Assembly (NCBI GenBank): GCA_963825005.1
Contig: CAWGRP010000004.1
Span: 1-32,000, forward strand
DNA from: an uncultured delta proteobacterium
Lineage (GTDB): Bacteria > Desulfobacterota > Syntrophorhabdia > Syntrophorhabdales > WCHB1-27
Direction: 5' to 3'
DNA length: 32,000 bases
Shown here: positions 1 to 10,518 of the stretch, in pieces
Layout of the letters: each line of letters begins with the position of its first letter
Numbering within the stretch: the first letter of the stretch is position 1
Position numbers and translations under genes: made by a program
The notes under the pieces: generated by a model
Seen by the model: the letters and a program-made list of their open reading frames with translations, nothing else
Told to the model about the DNA's origin: nothing
The model's database searches: none

Positions 1-105
1 ATCAATTCTTAACATTCTCTTAATGGCAATGTGGTACGTAAAAAGGTACAGTATTTGAAATCTCCTTCTCCACGCTTACGGATGAGGGTTCTACCGGGAG
101 GCATA

Positions 106-2130
106 ATGAAAAAGGGTTCGTCAAAGCAGGCGTCCGCACTTATTCTCATTTTCTTCTCTTCCATTATTTTTCTGTCATGCGGTTATAACAGCTCGGACAT
201 TAAAGCGGACGCGGACGGCGCCGGCAAGAGGATGGGAAGAAAAGTAGTCATTTTCGTGTGGGATGGTCTTCGGCCTGATAGCGTCAATCCTTCAAGCACG
301 CCCAACCTCTGGAAGCTCGCGCAAGGAGGTGTATTCTTTCGGAGCAACCACGCCACGTTTCCCACATTCACCATGATGAATTCGTCGTCCTTCAACGCAG
401 GCAGTTACCCGGATAAGACAGGATTTTATGGCAATACGATGTATCGGCCAGGCGCGTCAGGGAAGAACGCGAGCGGCTCAACAGTCGACTACAACCAGCC
501 TGTAATGGTTGAAGACTGGAACATCATCGAAAGCCTTAACTCGTATTACAACGGACAGCTCTTTCTGGTGAAAAGGCTTCTTCAGGCCGCACAGGAGAAG
601 GGCCTCACCACTGCGATCGTGGGAAAGTCCGGTGCAGCCTTTATGTTCGATCTCGATAAGAAAGGCTATGGAATCGATGAAAACACAGTATTCCCTCAAT
701 CGCTTGCCGCTGAACTTCAGAATGCGGGCTTCGTCCTTCCCAGAAACACACCGACGATGTGGCCTGATCTGAAGCTCGCGAGCTCGAATGGCAACCCGAC
801 GAACCGGCCGGCGCCATCTATATTGTCAGACGGCGTCACGCCTGATCCGACAACCGGAGTAACGTCGCCCAATGCAAACGCAAACCGTTACATGATGGAT
901 GTCTATCTCAAGCACATACTTGCAACCCACAAGCCTGATCTTTCGGTCATATGGTTAAGGGACCCCGATGCCACGGAGCACAGTTACGGTGTTGGATCCA
1001 AGGCATATGCCGACGCGCTCGGCAGTATGGATACGATGCTGGGCCAGCTCATCGCAACGCTTAACGACCTTAAGATCGACGACGTAACAGATATCATCGT
1101 TGTCTCCGACCACGGCCACAGCAATGTTTCCGGCGATCTTTCTCTGTTTCCGCTCCGCTCGATTTCTGACAAAGCTGTCAGAGAGGTTGATCCCGTAAAC
1201 GGCTTCTCGGTTTCCGGAGATGTCAGACTGGCGCAACTCCTCGCGGACAATGGCGTGGTGAGCAACGTATACGATGGAGGCAGATCAAAATATGACCCGG
1301 TGCTCTGCGGCATCATGGCAGGCGGGGCAAAGGCCTATCCTGATCAGATGGACACCGACGGAACCGTAACCGGAAAGGCGGGCAGCACGTATACGACAAG
1401 GAGTTTCGTGGTTCCAGCCACGCTTCCTTCCGACGCGGTCGTCATCGCTGCAAACGGAGGAAGCGACTATCTCTACGTGCCATCGAAGAACGGAAGCATT
1501 GTCAAGAAAATCGTCGCATTCCTTCAGCAACGCGAGGAGTTTGGCGCGATATTCGTTGACGACAAGTACGGTGCAACCGCGGGCACGTTTCCGCTCAGCG
1601 CTGTACGTCTCGAAAACACGAGCGGAAGAAATCCTGACATTGTCGTCAGCTACAACTACGACGAGAATGCAGTCATCCAGGGAATCAGGGGCACCGAATA
1701 CGAAAGCATGATGACTAATCGGGGTATGCATGGTTCTTTCAGCCCGATCGATGTGAACAACACCATGATTACCTTCGGGCCTGACTTCAAGAAAGGTGTC
1801 ATAAACAACACGCCATCCGGGAATACTGACGTTGCTCCCACTGTTGCTTTCCTTCTGGGTCTCAACCTTCCCGATACGGATGGACGCGTTTTGCATGAAT
1901 CGTTCCTGAAGTCCTCCGTAACCGTTTCGGTAAAGAACGCACGCACCGTGACGCGCTCCTCGACCGCGTCGGGGCTTGCCATCTACCTTCCGACGGCCGT
2001 GAAAAATTCGCCGGCGAATAGCGCTAGAGGAAAATCCGCCTACTTCATCAATCTCTCGACATCGACGACTGCGGACTCGACAGGGAAATCGGTCACCTAT
2101 TTTGACTACGCGCAAGCAATCAGAGAGTGA
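106..2130 (+). CDS. AlkP-superfamily type I phosphodiesterase/nucleotide pyrophosphatase-like protein, exported (possible lipoprotein)
   Basis: Taken from ORF 31..2130. The preferred start is ATG 106, preceded by GGGAGG. The N-terminal signal is MKKGSSKQASALILIFFSSIIFLSC. Motifs VIFVWDGLRPD, ATFPTFTMMNSSS (Thr nucleophile context), DATEHSYG and VVSDHGH are typical of the PF01663-type metal-dependent phosphodiesterase fold. Confidence 0.8.
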   Translation: MKKGSSKQASALILIFFSSIIFLSCGYNSSDIKADADGAGKRMGRKVVIFVWDGLRPDSVNPSSTPNLWKLAQGGVFFRSNHATFPTFTMMNSSSFNAGSYPDKTGFYGNTMYRPGASGKNASGSTVDYNQPVMVEDWNIIESLNSYYNGQLFLVKRLLQAAQEKGLTTAIVGKSGAAFMFDLDKKGYGIDENTVFPQSLAAELQNAGFVLPRNTPTMWPDLKLASSNGNPTNRPAPSILSDGVTPDPTTGVTSPNANANRYMMDVYLKHILATHKPDLSVIWLRDPDATEHSYGVGSKAYADALGSMDTMLGQLIATLNDLKIDDVTDIIVVSDHGHSNVSGDLSLFPLRSISDKAVREVDPVNGFSVSGDVRLAQLLADNGVVSNVYDGGRSKYDPVLCGIMAGGAKAYPDQMDTDGTVTGKAGSTYTTRSFVVPATLPSDAVVIAANGGSDYLYVPSKNGSIVKKIVAFLQQREEFGAIFVDDKYGATAGTFPLSAVRLENTSGRNPDIVVSYNYDENAVIQGIRGTEYESMMTNRGMHGSFSPIDVNNTMITFGPDFKKGVINNTPSGNTDVAPTVAFLLGLNLPDTDGRVLHESFLKSSVTVSVKNARTVTRSSTASGLAIYLPTAVKNSPANSARGKSAYFINLSTSTTADSTGKSVTYFDYAQAIRE

Positions 2131-2140
2131 AAGCGACTTT

Positions 2141-2776
2141 ATGAGAGTCTCATACAGACGAACCGTGAAACAGCGTACGCATATCGCTATACGCCTTTTG
2201 CTTTTGTTACTGTTCGTGGCGGCCGCGCATACGACGTACGCTTCCAATCCGCGATGGGCATTGCAGGTTGAAGGGGAGTATTATGGAAAGGAGGCGGTAG
2301 TCTTTTCGCTTCTCATGACGCAGACTCGTTTCGTTAAGTCCTACAGCAACGGGATTACGATCACGGGCGTCAAGACGGCAAACGGCCCGGTCTACTATTT
2401 TATTAAGAGTGATGGGAAGCTCATCGTCAAAGTCAGCCAGGATAACCTGTACCGGATCGGCGAAATGACAAACTGGGAGATGATGACGAAACTGACACGA
2501 TTTGGCGACGGCGCCGGTCTCGTGAGCGAAAACAAGAGCGATACGGAGAATGCGTGCAGATGGTATAGGGCTGAAAAAGAAGAGGTCAGGCTTTGCATGC
2601 ATGAGCGCTTCAAGCTCCCGGTTTACGTAGAAAGCAAAGGCAAAATAGTCGCCCACATCAAAAAGATGAATTATACGAAAGCACCGGTTGATCCGAAAAA
2701 AATTATCGACCGCTATGTGAAGGAAGGTTACCGGTTTGTGGATGCAGACGAGGATATCTCGCCCGATACGGATTAG
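2141..2776 (+). CDS. Exported hypothetical protein
   Basis: Taken from ORF 2102..2776. Internal ATG 2141 gives MRVSYRRTVKQRTHIAIRLLLLLLFVAAAHTTYA, a signal-peptide-like N-terminus. It sits directly downstream of the phosphodiesterase gene. I recognise no family motif. Confidence 0.5.
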   Translation: MRVSYRRTVKQRTHIAIRLLLLLLFVAAAHTTYASNPRWALQVEGEYYGKEAVVFSLLMTQTRFVKSYSNGITITGVKTANGPVYYFIKSDGKLIVKVSQDNLYRIGEMTNWEMMTKLTRFGDGAGLVSENKSDTENACRWYRAEKEEVRLCMHERFKLPVYVESKGKIVAHIKKMNYTKAPVDPKKIIDRYVKEGYRFVDADEDISPDTD

Positions 2777-3150
2777 GCGCCAATAGCCCTTAAAAAACGG
2801 GATTAGTGATAACGCATTTCACAAAGATTTAATGCGGCCTTCACAGGTTCGTAACATAGTGCGGGTATACTGGAATCATGTGCAAAGATCGGATAGTACA
2901 TCAGCTGCTCTATTTGATTTCCTTCCTGGTCTGCTTTGTCGTCATCGAAGCATTTACCCACGTGCTGAAGATCTGCGTGTTGTGCGGATATTTTAAGCGC
3001 GGCGAAGATTATCCCCATTCCGTGAACTCACATCCCTGTGAGATATCAACCCACCGAATTATCTGAACATTAACCGACACTGCATTAGTTCTTAACACTC
3101 AGCCCCGATAATTATAACAAAACGAAAACACCAAAAAAAGAGGAGTACGC

Positions 3151-3930
3151 ATGAATTGTTGGATGAGAAGACTTGCAAAACAGCACCGTATGATGAGGAG
3201 ACGCTATCCGAAGGAGCAGTTGATTGTTGTTTTTGACATAGATGACACGATTCTCGATCTCCGTCATATGATCCTGAACGTGCTCACATCTTTTGACAGG
3301 CGCCACGATACGAACCATTTTCGAGGTCTCTCCCTGCAGGATATAGTTGTCAGTGAAACGGAGATCCAGCGAATGATGACAGAAACGCGGATACCCGAAC
3401 GTGATAAGCGAAAGATCACGCAATGGTTTACCGAGCAAGCATGGTCGAGCCCGGTAATATCGCGCGCCCACCGGCCTTTCCCGGGCGTATTGGATGTGAT
3501 ACGCTGGCTTGAGTCGCAGGAGAATACCTGTGTGGGGCTTAATACGGGAAGGCCGGAGAGCATCAGAAAGGAAACGCTCCTATCGCTCAACAGGATCGGG
3601 CAGGCCCATGGTGTCCGCTTTCATAATGATCTGCTGTTCATGAGCCCTTACGGTTGGGGCGAGCGCATTGTTGAGTCGAAGGTGCAGGGCATCAGCCATT
3701 TTAAGGAGCGCGGTTTTCGTATCGCGGCATTCGTGGACAACGAACCGGAGAACCTGCGTGCCGTGGCCGAATTCGACCGAACGGGAGAAATCCTGCTGCT
3801 TCACGCAGATACGGTGTATAGCTCGGGCAAAGAAATGATTCCCGAACGCGCGGTGAGCGGCGCGGTATACGACATTTCCAGGCTGCTCCTCAGCAGTGCA
3901 GGGAAAAATGAGCTGGGGGAAGCAGCCTGA
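3151..3930 (+). CDS. HAD-superfamily hydrolase-like protein
   Basis: A strong RBS (AGAGGAG) precedes ATG 3151. HAD motif I is VVFDIDDTILD (DxDxT). GLNTGRPE is a motif II-like Thr, and AAFVDNEPEN is an acidic motif IV-like segment. Confidence 0.6.
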   Translation: MNCWMRRLAKQHRMMRRRYPKEQLIVVFDIDDTILDLRHMILNVLTSFDRRHDTNHFRGLSLQDIVVSETEIQRMMTETRIPERDKRKITQWFTEQAWSSPVISRAHRPFPGVLDVIRWLESQENTCVGLNTGRPESIRKETLLSLNRIGQAHGVRFHNDLLFMSPYGWGERIVESKVQGISHFKERGFRIAAFVDNEPENLRAVAEFDRTGEILLLHADTVYSSGKEMIPERAVSGAVYDISRLLLSSAGKNELGEAA

Positions 3931-3955
3931 TGTTCGAATTCATTAGGAATGAACG

Positions 3956-4192
3956 TTAGCGCTCCTCCCTGCCGTACTCGGTCCCTCCATGTTGTTTACC
4001 GCGCGAAGGTCCGCCACTTTCGCTGGTATCTTTCCAGCCGTCGCTTCGCGGCGAGCAACATCTGAAATGGTTTCCGAAGTGGCCTCCGAAGAACATCCTC
4101 ATGCAGAAGAACATCATGACTAAACAGACGAGGAACATGATCGGGAAAATCCACCACATCCATGCAAATGGTGCGTTACACCAGAACCACAT
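3956..4192 (-). CDS. Small Cys/His-rich membrane protein (78 aa), function unknown
   Basis: Internal start of ORF 3956..4351. ATG 4192 is preceded by AAAGGAGGAAAGG. The product starts MWFWCNAPFAWMWWIFPIMFLVCLVMMFFCMRMFFGGHFGNHFRCC, one or two hydrophobic helices followed by a charged tail. The longer ORF would overlap the upstream VKOR gene. Confidence 0.5.
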   Translation of the reverse strand: MWFWCNAPFAWMWWIFPIMFLVCLVMMFFCMRMFFGGHFGNHFRCCSPRSDGWKDTSESGGPSRGKQHGGTEYGREER

Positions 4193-4292
4193 AGCCTTTC
4201 CTCCTTTTCGCGAATCGACGATCTGAGATGAACGGTCGGGTCGTCGGTTTAACTGTGTAGACGAGATCAGCGCCCAAAAGGATACAGGTGCT

Positions 4293-4790
4293 TCATAAGA
4301 ATGATGATCCAAAACGCATCTTCGCCTCTTCTCCATTCGTGATCGGCTCATGACCTCCGGAGAGCGCCTTAAAGTGCGCGATTGCGGAGAGGAATAGAAG
4401 AACCGTTAAGATGGCCGATATCAGACAGTAAATGCAAAAGGCGCGGATCACGGTAATATCGAGATACATGAAGCCTATTGAACCGCACACCCCTATCGCA
4501 GTGTAGAGAAGAGAGGCCAGGCGCAAACCGCGCCGGGACGAGCAGAACACGAGAAGTGCCGCGAGTACGAGCATGATCAGATAGAAGAAGACTCCAAAGT
4601 ACCCTATCGGCACGCCCCCAATGCGCCCGTCCGGACTGTAGGCGACGGTATTACAACCGTCGATCGGAGGGGGACACCACAGCAACTGACCCATGTAGAT
4701 CATGTACACGTCGTAAAGCGCGATGCTCATGCCGATAAGTGCGTAGACGAACATCAGATACGGGTGGAAGATAGTTCTTTCTGTTTCCAT
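4293..4790 (-). CDS. Vitamin K epoxide reductase (VKOR) family membrane thiol oxidoreductase
   Basis: The product is a 165-aa polytopic membrane protein. It has the loop Cys pair CPPPIDGC followed by NTVAYSPDGRIGGVPIGYFG, and a CxxC (FCIYC) at the start of a later helix. This is the characteristic VKOR/DsbB-analogue arrangement. Confidence 0.7.
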   Translation of the reverse strand: METERTIFHPYLMFVYALIGMSIALYDVYMIYMGQLLWCPPPIDGCNTVAYSPDGRIGGVPIGYFGVFFYLIMLVLAALLVFCSSRRGLRLASLLYTAIGVCGSIGFMYLDITVIRAFCIYCLISAILTVLLFLSAIAHFKALSGGHEPITNGEEAKMRFGSSFL

Positions 4791-4813
4791 TGCAGGTACC
4801 TCCTTTGGTTGAT

Positions 4814-4835
4814 TTATGTGAATATATATTCACAT
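4814..4835. promoter_or_regulatory. Perfect 22-bp palindrome, candidate TetR operator upstream of the VKOR gene
   Basis: The sequence TATGTGAATATATATTCACATA is perfectly self-complementary. It lies between the tetR stop (4852) and the VKOR start (4790). It shares the half-site TGTGAATA with the site at 5449..5470. Confidence 0.55.
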
Positions 4836-4851
4836 ATGTGGCAAAAAAAAA

Positions 4852-5442
4852 TCAGCACACGAGCCTCACAAAATTGCTCCACAGCTTACCCGCCTCTACT
4901 CTAATATCGAAGGATTCGGCCCCGATAGTCCAACGGAGCGCTGTCGATTGGATTAAGCCGAGAAAAGTCAGGGCTGTCTCCCTTGGGGACAGCCCCTTCC
5001 GGAAGTCCCCCTCATCGATACCCGCCGCAATGATGCCCGCCAGTGTCTCTACGTAGTCCCGCAGTCGTAAGGATATCTTCTCTCCCAATTTTCTATTGCC
5101 AAGGCGCAGGTCTTCCGAAAAAATCAGACGTGGCATCCCAGGGTTTTTCTCGATCATTGTCATATGGGAAAAGAAGATGGTCTCCAATTTCTCCAGAGGA
5201 CTTCTGCTTCTCGCCGCAATGCCTGCTGCTTTTTCCATGACGGCCGCCCCTATGAAGTCCGCAAGCGCAGCATAGACGTCGTCTTTACTTCCAAAATGTC
5301 TATAAATGTTAGCTTCACTCATCCCCGCCGTTTTAGCGATGGCTGTAATAGTGAGAGCCTTGGCCCCGCCCTTTCCCAATACTTTTAGGGCCGCCTGGAC
5401 GATTTCCTCTTTTCTTATGTGCGTGCTCTTTTTTTCTGTCAT
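4852..5442 (-). CDS. TetR/AcrR family transcriptional regulator
   Basis: The N-terminal HTH is IVQAALKVLGKGGAKALTITAIAKTAGMSEANIYRHFGSKDDV. The length of 196 aa is typical of the family. Confidence 0.9.
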   Translation of the reverse strand: MTEKKSTHIRKEEIVQAALKVLGKGGAKALTITAIAKTAGMSEANIYRHFGSKDDVYAALADFIGAAVMEKAAGIAARSRSPLEKLETIFFSHMTMIEKNPGMPRLIFSEDLRLGNRKLGEKISLRLRDYVETLAGIIAAGIDEGDFRKGLSPRETALTFLGLIQSTALRWTIGAESFDIRVEAGKLWSNFVRLVC

Positions 5443-5448
5443 GCTGCT

Positions 5449-5470
5449 AATGTGAATATCTATTTACATT
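5449..5470. promoter_or_regulatory. Imperfect palindrome, candidate TetR auto-operator
   Basis: AATGTGAATA-TC-TATTTACATT lies 7 nt upstream of the tetR start. It has the same 8-2-8 architecture and half-site as 4814..4835, with one mismatch between arms. Confidence 0.5.
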
Positions 5471-5647
5471 AAACCAGAGATCGTTTTCCATGTCAAGCAA
5501 AAAGTTCAAGGCAAAGAAGTTGCGCTCTCATGGGCAGATAAGGATGATGCAATATTTCGAGTGACAACGGTTGGCCCGCGCTTTCCCTGCCGGTCGTGAT
5601 GTATCGGTACAGGCAGCTCACCATCATGGCGGTCTGGCAGTCCTGGT

Positions 5648-7010
5648 TCAGCTTGCCACTGAGAGCACTCTTTCTAAATGCTGTACCGCCATCTGAACCG
5701 GATCCCACGGAGAACTGAGAGGCGGAGTATAGCTCAGATCATACGCGCAAAATTCGCGGACCGTCGCTCCATGAAACAGCGCTGTCGCAAAGATGTCGAT
5801 CCGCTTTGATACCTCGGTGCCGTAAGTACCGATCATCTGGGCACCCAGGAGCCTTCCCGTGGTTCTGTCCGCTGTTACACGGATGTACAGCTTATGGGCG
5901 GGCGGATAATACACCTTGTGGTCCCACGTCTCGAGGTCCGCGGTCACGGGAGTGAATCCTGCACCCCATGCCTCTTTTTCGTTCAGGCCTGTCCGTGCGA
6001 CCACCTTGTCGAAGACCTTCACCGATTGAGTGCCAAAAGCACCGTCGAATTCCGCCAAACCGCCGAGAGCGTTTTCACCGGCGATCCTGCCCTGCTTGTG
6101 GGCGACAGTACCGAGGGGGAGATAGGTATTCTTTCGGAGGATTCCGTGCCAGGTTTCTGCGCAGTCACCCGCCGCATAGACATCGGGTATGGTCGTTTCC
6201 ATCCTGCGATTCACCTGGAGCGCCCCTCTTACCCCCGTCTCGATGCCGATGGAGCGGCCAAGGGCCGTGTTCGGTACGCTGCCTACCGCCACCAGTACCA
6301 TGTCCGCGGAGAGGCTGAAGCCGTCGGTACCCTGGACGACCAGTTGATCTCCTCTCGGCTCCATGGACTCGACACCGATCCCCGTGCGGACCAATCACTC
6401 CGGACCCGGTGAGGGTCTCTTTGATACGCTCGCTGAAATCAGCATCGATCGAGGTCATCACCGATTCGGTGTATTCGACGACGGTTACCTCGACTCCCCG
6501 GCCCGTGAGGGCTTCGCACATCTCCATGCCGATGTAGCCGCCGCCCACGATGACCGCGCTCTTCGGGAGCCGGTGGTTCAGGAACTGCTCTATCGCAAAA
6601 CTGTCCGGCAGCGTGCGCAAAAGGAAGACTCCGGGATTATCCAGGCCGGCCATGCGGGGCCTCTGCGAGAGGGCGCCGGTACCTATCACAAGTTTGTCAT
6701 ATTCGAGGCGGGTCTCTGCGTTTGATTCGTCCGCAACGATCACCTGTTTCATCTTCGTATCGATGGAGGTTGCGGTACAACGAAGCATGAGCTTGATTCC
6801 CTGTCGCTCGATGTCCTCCCTTGTTCGATGAGCCAGATTCCTCCAGTCTGTCACCTCGTGGCTGATGTAGTAAGGCAAGCCGCAGATGCTGAAATTGGGG
6901 AATTCGTCGGCGACGATCACCGTGGGGACAATGTCCGGGTCCAGCTCCTTTGCCCGCAGGGCCGCACTGATGCCCGCATCGCTTCCACCAATAATCACGA
7001 GATTCTTCAT
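5648..7010 (-). pseudogene. Pyridine nucleotide-disulfide oxidoreductase (NADH oxidase / CoA-disulfide reductase type), frameshifted
   Basis: ORFs 6165..7121 and 5648..6394 are the N- and C-terminal halves of one protein of about 453 aa. Motifs are MKNLVIIGGSDAGISAA (FAD-binding), the single redox Cys context FPNFSICGLPYY, and VIVGGGYIGMEMCEA (NAD-binding). The frame changes near 6395 (ETLTGSGV / LVRTGIGVESM). ATG 7010 is preceded by AAGGAG. Confidence 0.85.
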
Positions 7011-7283
7011 TTGATTCTCCTTTATCGATTGCCTAATCTCTTGCGGGTTCCCGGCCCTATTGCAGGTCCGCAGGAGTCGTCCGACCATACCGTTTCGTGG
7101 TCGGCTCCGGCCGAACCGCACTTCAACTTCTTATAAGAAAACATAACAGCAATCTGTTAAGAGCCGGTTAAGAGGCGGAGCAGACCGCCGACATCCGGGA
7201 TGAGCCATCCGTTGCCGAGCGTGCGGGGGTGAGGAGCGGCGCATTGGACCGGGCTCAAGGCCACTTGTACCGCACCTCGTCTT

Positions 7284-10200
7284 CTATCTCTTGATGAGCT
7301 TCACCTTTGTATCATAGAAGGAAACGCTGCCGCCCACCGGATCTAGCATACAGGTATTCTTGAGATAAGGATCCACCCACATGGCCGCGTTGGCGTGCAC
7401 GCCCGTTGCCCTCCTAGGGTCACCCTTCACGACGATCCCGTCGATTGTCACGTCTGTCGCGCCCGTTGCCCAGTGACCATGGCCCAGCGTAAAGGTGATC
7501 ACACCGGGCATGATCGTTTCCGTGACCTGTGCCTTGCCGATCATCGGCTTTACCGTGCCGTTCTTGAGGTCCCAGACGCCCTCCCGATTGGTGGCCGACA
7601 CGACTTTCATACGATCGCCCTCTCGTATCCCCAGCTTATTTGCATCGAGCGGATTGATGATGATGGCGTTCTCGGGGAGCAGCGTGAGGAGCCAATAGTT
7701 GGGGATGGTTCGCGATTTGGTCATCGTGATATCTTTCTGGGTTATCAGGTGCAGGGGGTAGCCTTCTTCCAACCCTGCGTCTTTCGGCGAGGTCCCGAGA
7801 GCGGTCACCACGGGGAGGTACGTGGCGTACCCCGCGTTTGATTTACCGGTGAAGGAGTTCTTCGTCCCCACGGTCTTCTCCTGATAGATGTTGATGGCCC
7901 GCCCGTACTTGTTGACCACCTGGTCACCCTTGTAGATGTCCTTGTAGTCCTGGAACCTGCCACCCCTGTTGAGTACGTAGATGACCTTCCGCCAGTTCGG
8001 CCCTGCAATGCGCTCCCAACGCTTCGCGTCGAAGATTGTCGGGGGGAGATGCTGCCTCGCATCCAGGAAGAGCTTGACTTCCCGGTCGTCGGCATCGGGC
8101 ACGGGTGAGCCGTCCGTGGCAACATTGGCCACCATCCGGATGTAGAAATCATCCTGCCTGGTGAACGGCTGGCCTGGGCCGAACCCATCCTTGCCGAAGC
8201 CCGGCATCCCGAGCTTTTCCGCGAAGGCCAGAAGCACCGACTCGAAGCAGCAGGGCATCTCCTCGCCGAAGACCTTCACCGTCTCCGCAAGGGGGGCGAT
8301 GACGGGCTGCCTGACCGGCTGGACCTTTGAGGGCATGTTGGGATGGGACCCATGGAACTCCCAGCGCTCGAGATAGCTCTCGCTCGGGAAAATGTAGTCG
8401 GCATACATGGTGGTCGTGCCGACGAGGATGTCGGTCGTGAAATAGAGGGGAACCTTTTCGAGGTTGGTCAGGATCTCGATGTTGGTCTGGCCGGCAGGCA
8501 ACGCATAGGCCGGTGTGCCCATGTAGCTGAAGACCGCCTTAACCGGGTACGGGTAGGCGTCGCCCATGGACGGCATGATCTCCTCATAGACGTCGCTGGC
8601 CAGGGGGTACCAGTTCCTTTTTGCGGGATATCCCTGAAAGAGCGTGCTGTCCTCGTATTTCACGTCATGCCGGATAAGGCTTATGCCGAACTTGGAGAGT
8701 CTTGTCGGGGGCGAGCTTGCCGAGATCGAAGGGCTGCCCCTCCTTCCCGCCGGTAATGTTATAGGTGGACGCCGCTATCATGCCGCCCTTCCAGTCGAAG
8801 TTCCCGAGCAGGAGATTAAGCGTCATCGCGGCGGTCACGTTGTAGAAGCCGTTGGTGTGCTGGGCTACGCCCCTGTGGACATCGACCGCGGCCCTTTTCC
8901 CGTAGCTCGTCAGTTCCTTCGCCGTAAGCTCCAGGTCTTTCACGGGGATCCCGCATATGTTCGACCACTCGTCCATCGTATGCGCGTTGGCCGATTCGAG
9001 AAGGATCTGGAGGCCGCTCTTCACCCTGATGCCCTTGATCTCCGTATCGACGAAGAGGTCGCCGGTCACCGCGTTCTTCTCATCGTTGGGGTCGACCGCC
9101 ACAGGTTTGCCGTCCTTCATGGCCACGAGGTACTCGAAGGCGTACTCCTTGCCCGCCTTGTCCTTGCGTTTCTCGATCTCCGCTATGCCGATCTCATGAG
9201 CTCTTACGAATTTGCCCGGCTTCCCTTCCTTGTCGATGGCGACAAGCAAGACGGCGTTGGTCCAGGTGGGCTCACCTGCCGCCTTCGCGGCTGCCTTATT
9301 GGCGTTTGCCAGGTATTTTGCGTCGTACTTCTTGTCCCTCAGCATCGCCTGGATGAGCGCCATGAAGAAAGCGGCGTCGGTTCCCGGTTTGATCGCCATG
9401 TACCGGTAGGCCTTGGCCGCAGCCTTGTTGAACCTCGGGTCGACGACCACGAGTTTTGTTTTTCCCTGGGTGATGTTCGGCATGATCCGGCGTTGCGGTT
9501 GGGCGGCCCGTAGTTCGCGTCGAACAGGTTGGATCCCACGCAAAGGATGTAGGCGGAGTTCTCCGTATCTGCCTGCCAGTAGAACTTGGGGCCTCCGGTG
9601 AACTTGTTGATTCTCGTACTGCTCGCTCATCGCCTTGCAGGTGAAGTAGAGGGAGCCCTGACAAACGGTCGTGTGGCCGTGGGTGTTGACGGTGCCGAAA
9701 TAGTCGTTGAAGAAGCGGTTGCCGAATTCGGCCCGGCCCGCCTTCAGCCTGCCCCACCAGTAGACCATCTGGTTATTCTTGGGGCCGAGGTCCGGATGGT
9801 CGGGATCGATCAGGTAGTGGAGGTTCTCGGCATGCTTCGTCTTGAACTCCTCCACCGCCTTTTTCTTATCCTTGGCGGAGAGAATGGCGGTTGCGTCCGC
9901 AGCCATCGCGCTCGCTATTTTTCTGTCACGCAGCACGTAGATATCCTTCAGGCCGGTGACCGTTCTGTTTTCCTCGCCAGGCACGTGGGCGAAGAGCAGG
10001 CCGCCATTAACAATCTCGTTGATGGCCTGGTCGAAGGGGACGGTCTGCCACTTGTTCTCACCCCTCTTGCCGGCCCTCTTGAGCACTTTTGTGATCCGGT
10101 ACGGATCGTAGGCCGTCTGGATACCGGCCTGGCCTTTCGGGCAGATCGCGCATATCGACCGTGTTCAGGTCGAAGGGTGACGTCTGATAAGGCGAATTGG

Positions 10201-10501
10201 GGAGGGCGACAAAGGGGTTATACGGGTTGCCGTCTATCTTCAGCGCAACGGCGCTACCGTTTTTTCTGAAGAACTTCACCTTGATGCCGCATCCCGTGTT
10301 GCACTGGAGGCACGACGTGTAGAGTATATTCTCGGCCTTGATGAGCTCGTATTCCTCTTCCGGCGTCAGCGTCCCCGCCTCCGCCCTGCGCAGCAGGTCC
10401 GCGGCCCACGCGGCCTCTGATGCCAGGAGCGTGCCGCCGAGGACGGCCGAACATTTGATGAAATCCCTCCTGGTTAGACCTTTGTCATTTTTTTCCGCCA
10501 T
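7284..10501 (-). pseudogene. Tat-exported molybdopterin oxidoreductase catalytic subunit, tetrathionate reductase TtrA-like, with four frame changes
   Basis: The Tat signal is MAEKNDKGLTRRDFIKCSAVLGG, and the N-terminal FeS Cys motif is CLQCNTGCGIKV. Segments KRAGKRGENKWQTVPFDQAINEIV, YADYIFPSESYLERWEF and VLNRGGRF resemble Salmonella TtrA as I recall it. The coding sequence is spread over ORFs 10058..10870, 8665..10086, 9339..9539 and 7284..8663. Frame switches occur near 10155-10165, about 9610, about 9487, and at the G5 run 8707..8711. Confidence 0.85.
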
Positions 10502-10518
10502 GTCCTCTGTCCCCTTAT

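Noticed and set aside
1285-2247. Long antisense or overlapping ORFs: 1285..2247(-), 8644..9513(+), 9586..10269(+), 17514..18761(+), 21751..22674(+), 23569..24468(+), 28243..29172(+) and many shorter ones
   Set aside because: Each lies opposite or out of frame to an ORF with clear family motifs. Their translations are Arg/Pro/Gly-rich and low in complexity, as is typical of shadow frames in GC-rich coding DNA.
2803-3066. ORFs 2803..3018(-) and 2878..3066(+) in the AT-richer spacer between the exported hypothetical and the HAD-like gene
   Set aside because: They are mutually overlapping and have no RBS and no recognisable motif. The region looks like a promoter or spacer for the HAD-like gene. 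A small gene cannot be excluded.
5493-5708. 71-aa ORF in the gap between the nox-type gene and tetR
   Set aside because: It has no RBS, overlaps the 3' end of the nox-type gene, and its translation has no recognisable features.
7174-7189. Hairpin GGCGG-TCTGCT-CCGCC (minus strand) after the TtrA-like gene, considered as a rho-independent terminator
   Set aside because: The stem is only 5 bp and the downstream tract (TCTTAACC) is not a proper U-run. That is too weak to call.
8663-8667. TGA at the junction of the two large TtrA-like ORFs, considered as selenocysteine or stop-codon read-through
   Set aside because: The flanking ORFs are in different reading frames. A single-base change at the G5 run 8707..8711 joins them smoothly (…DLGKL… / …RLSKFGISLIRHDVKYE…), so this is a frameshift and not recoding of a stop.
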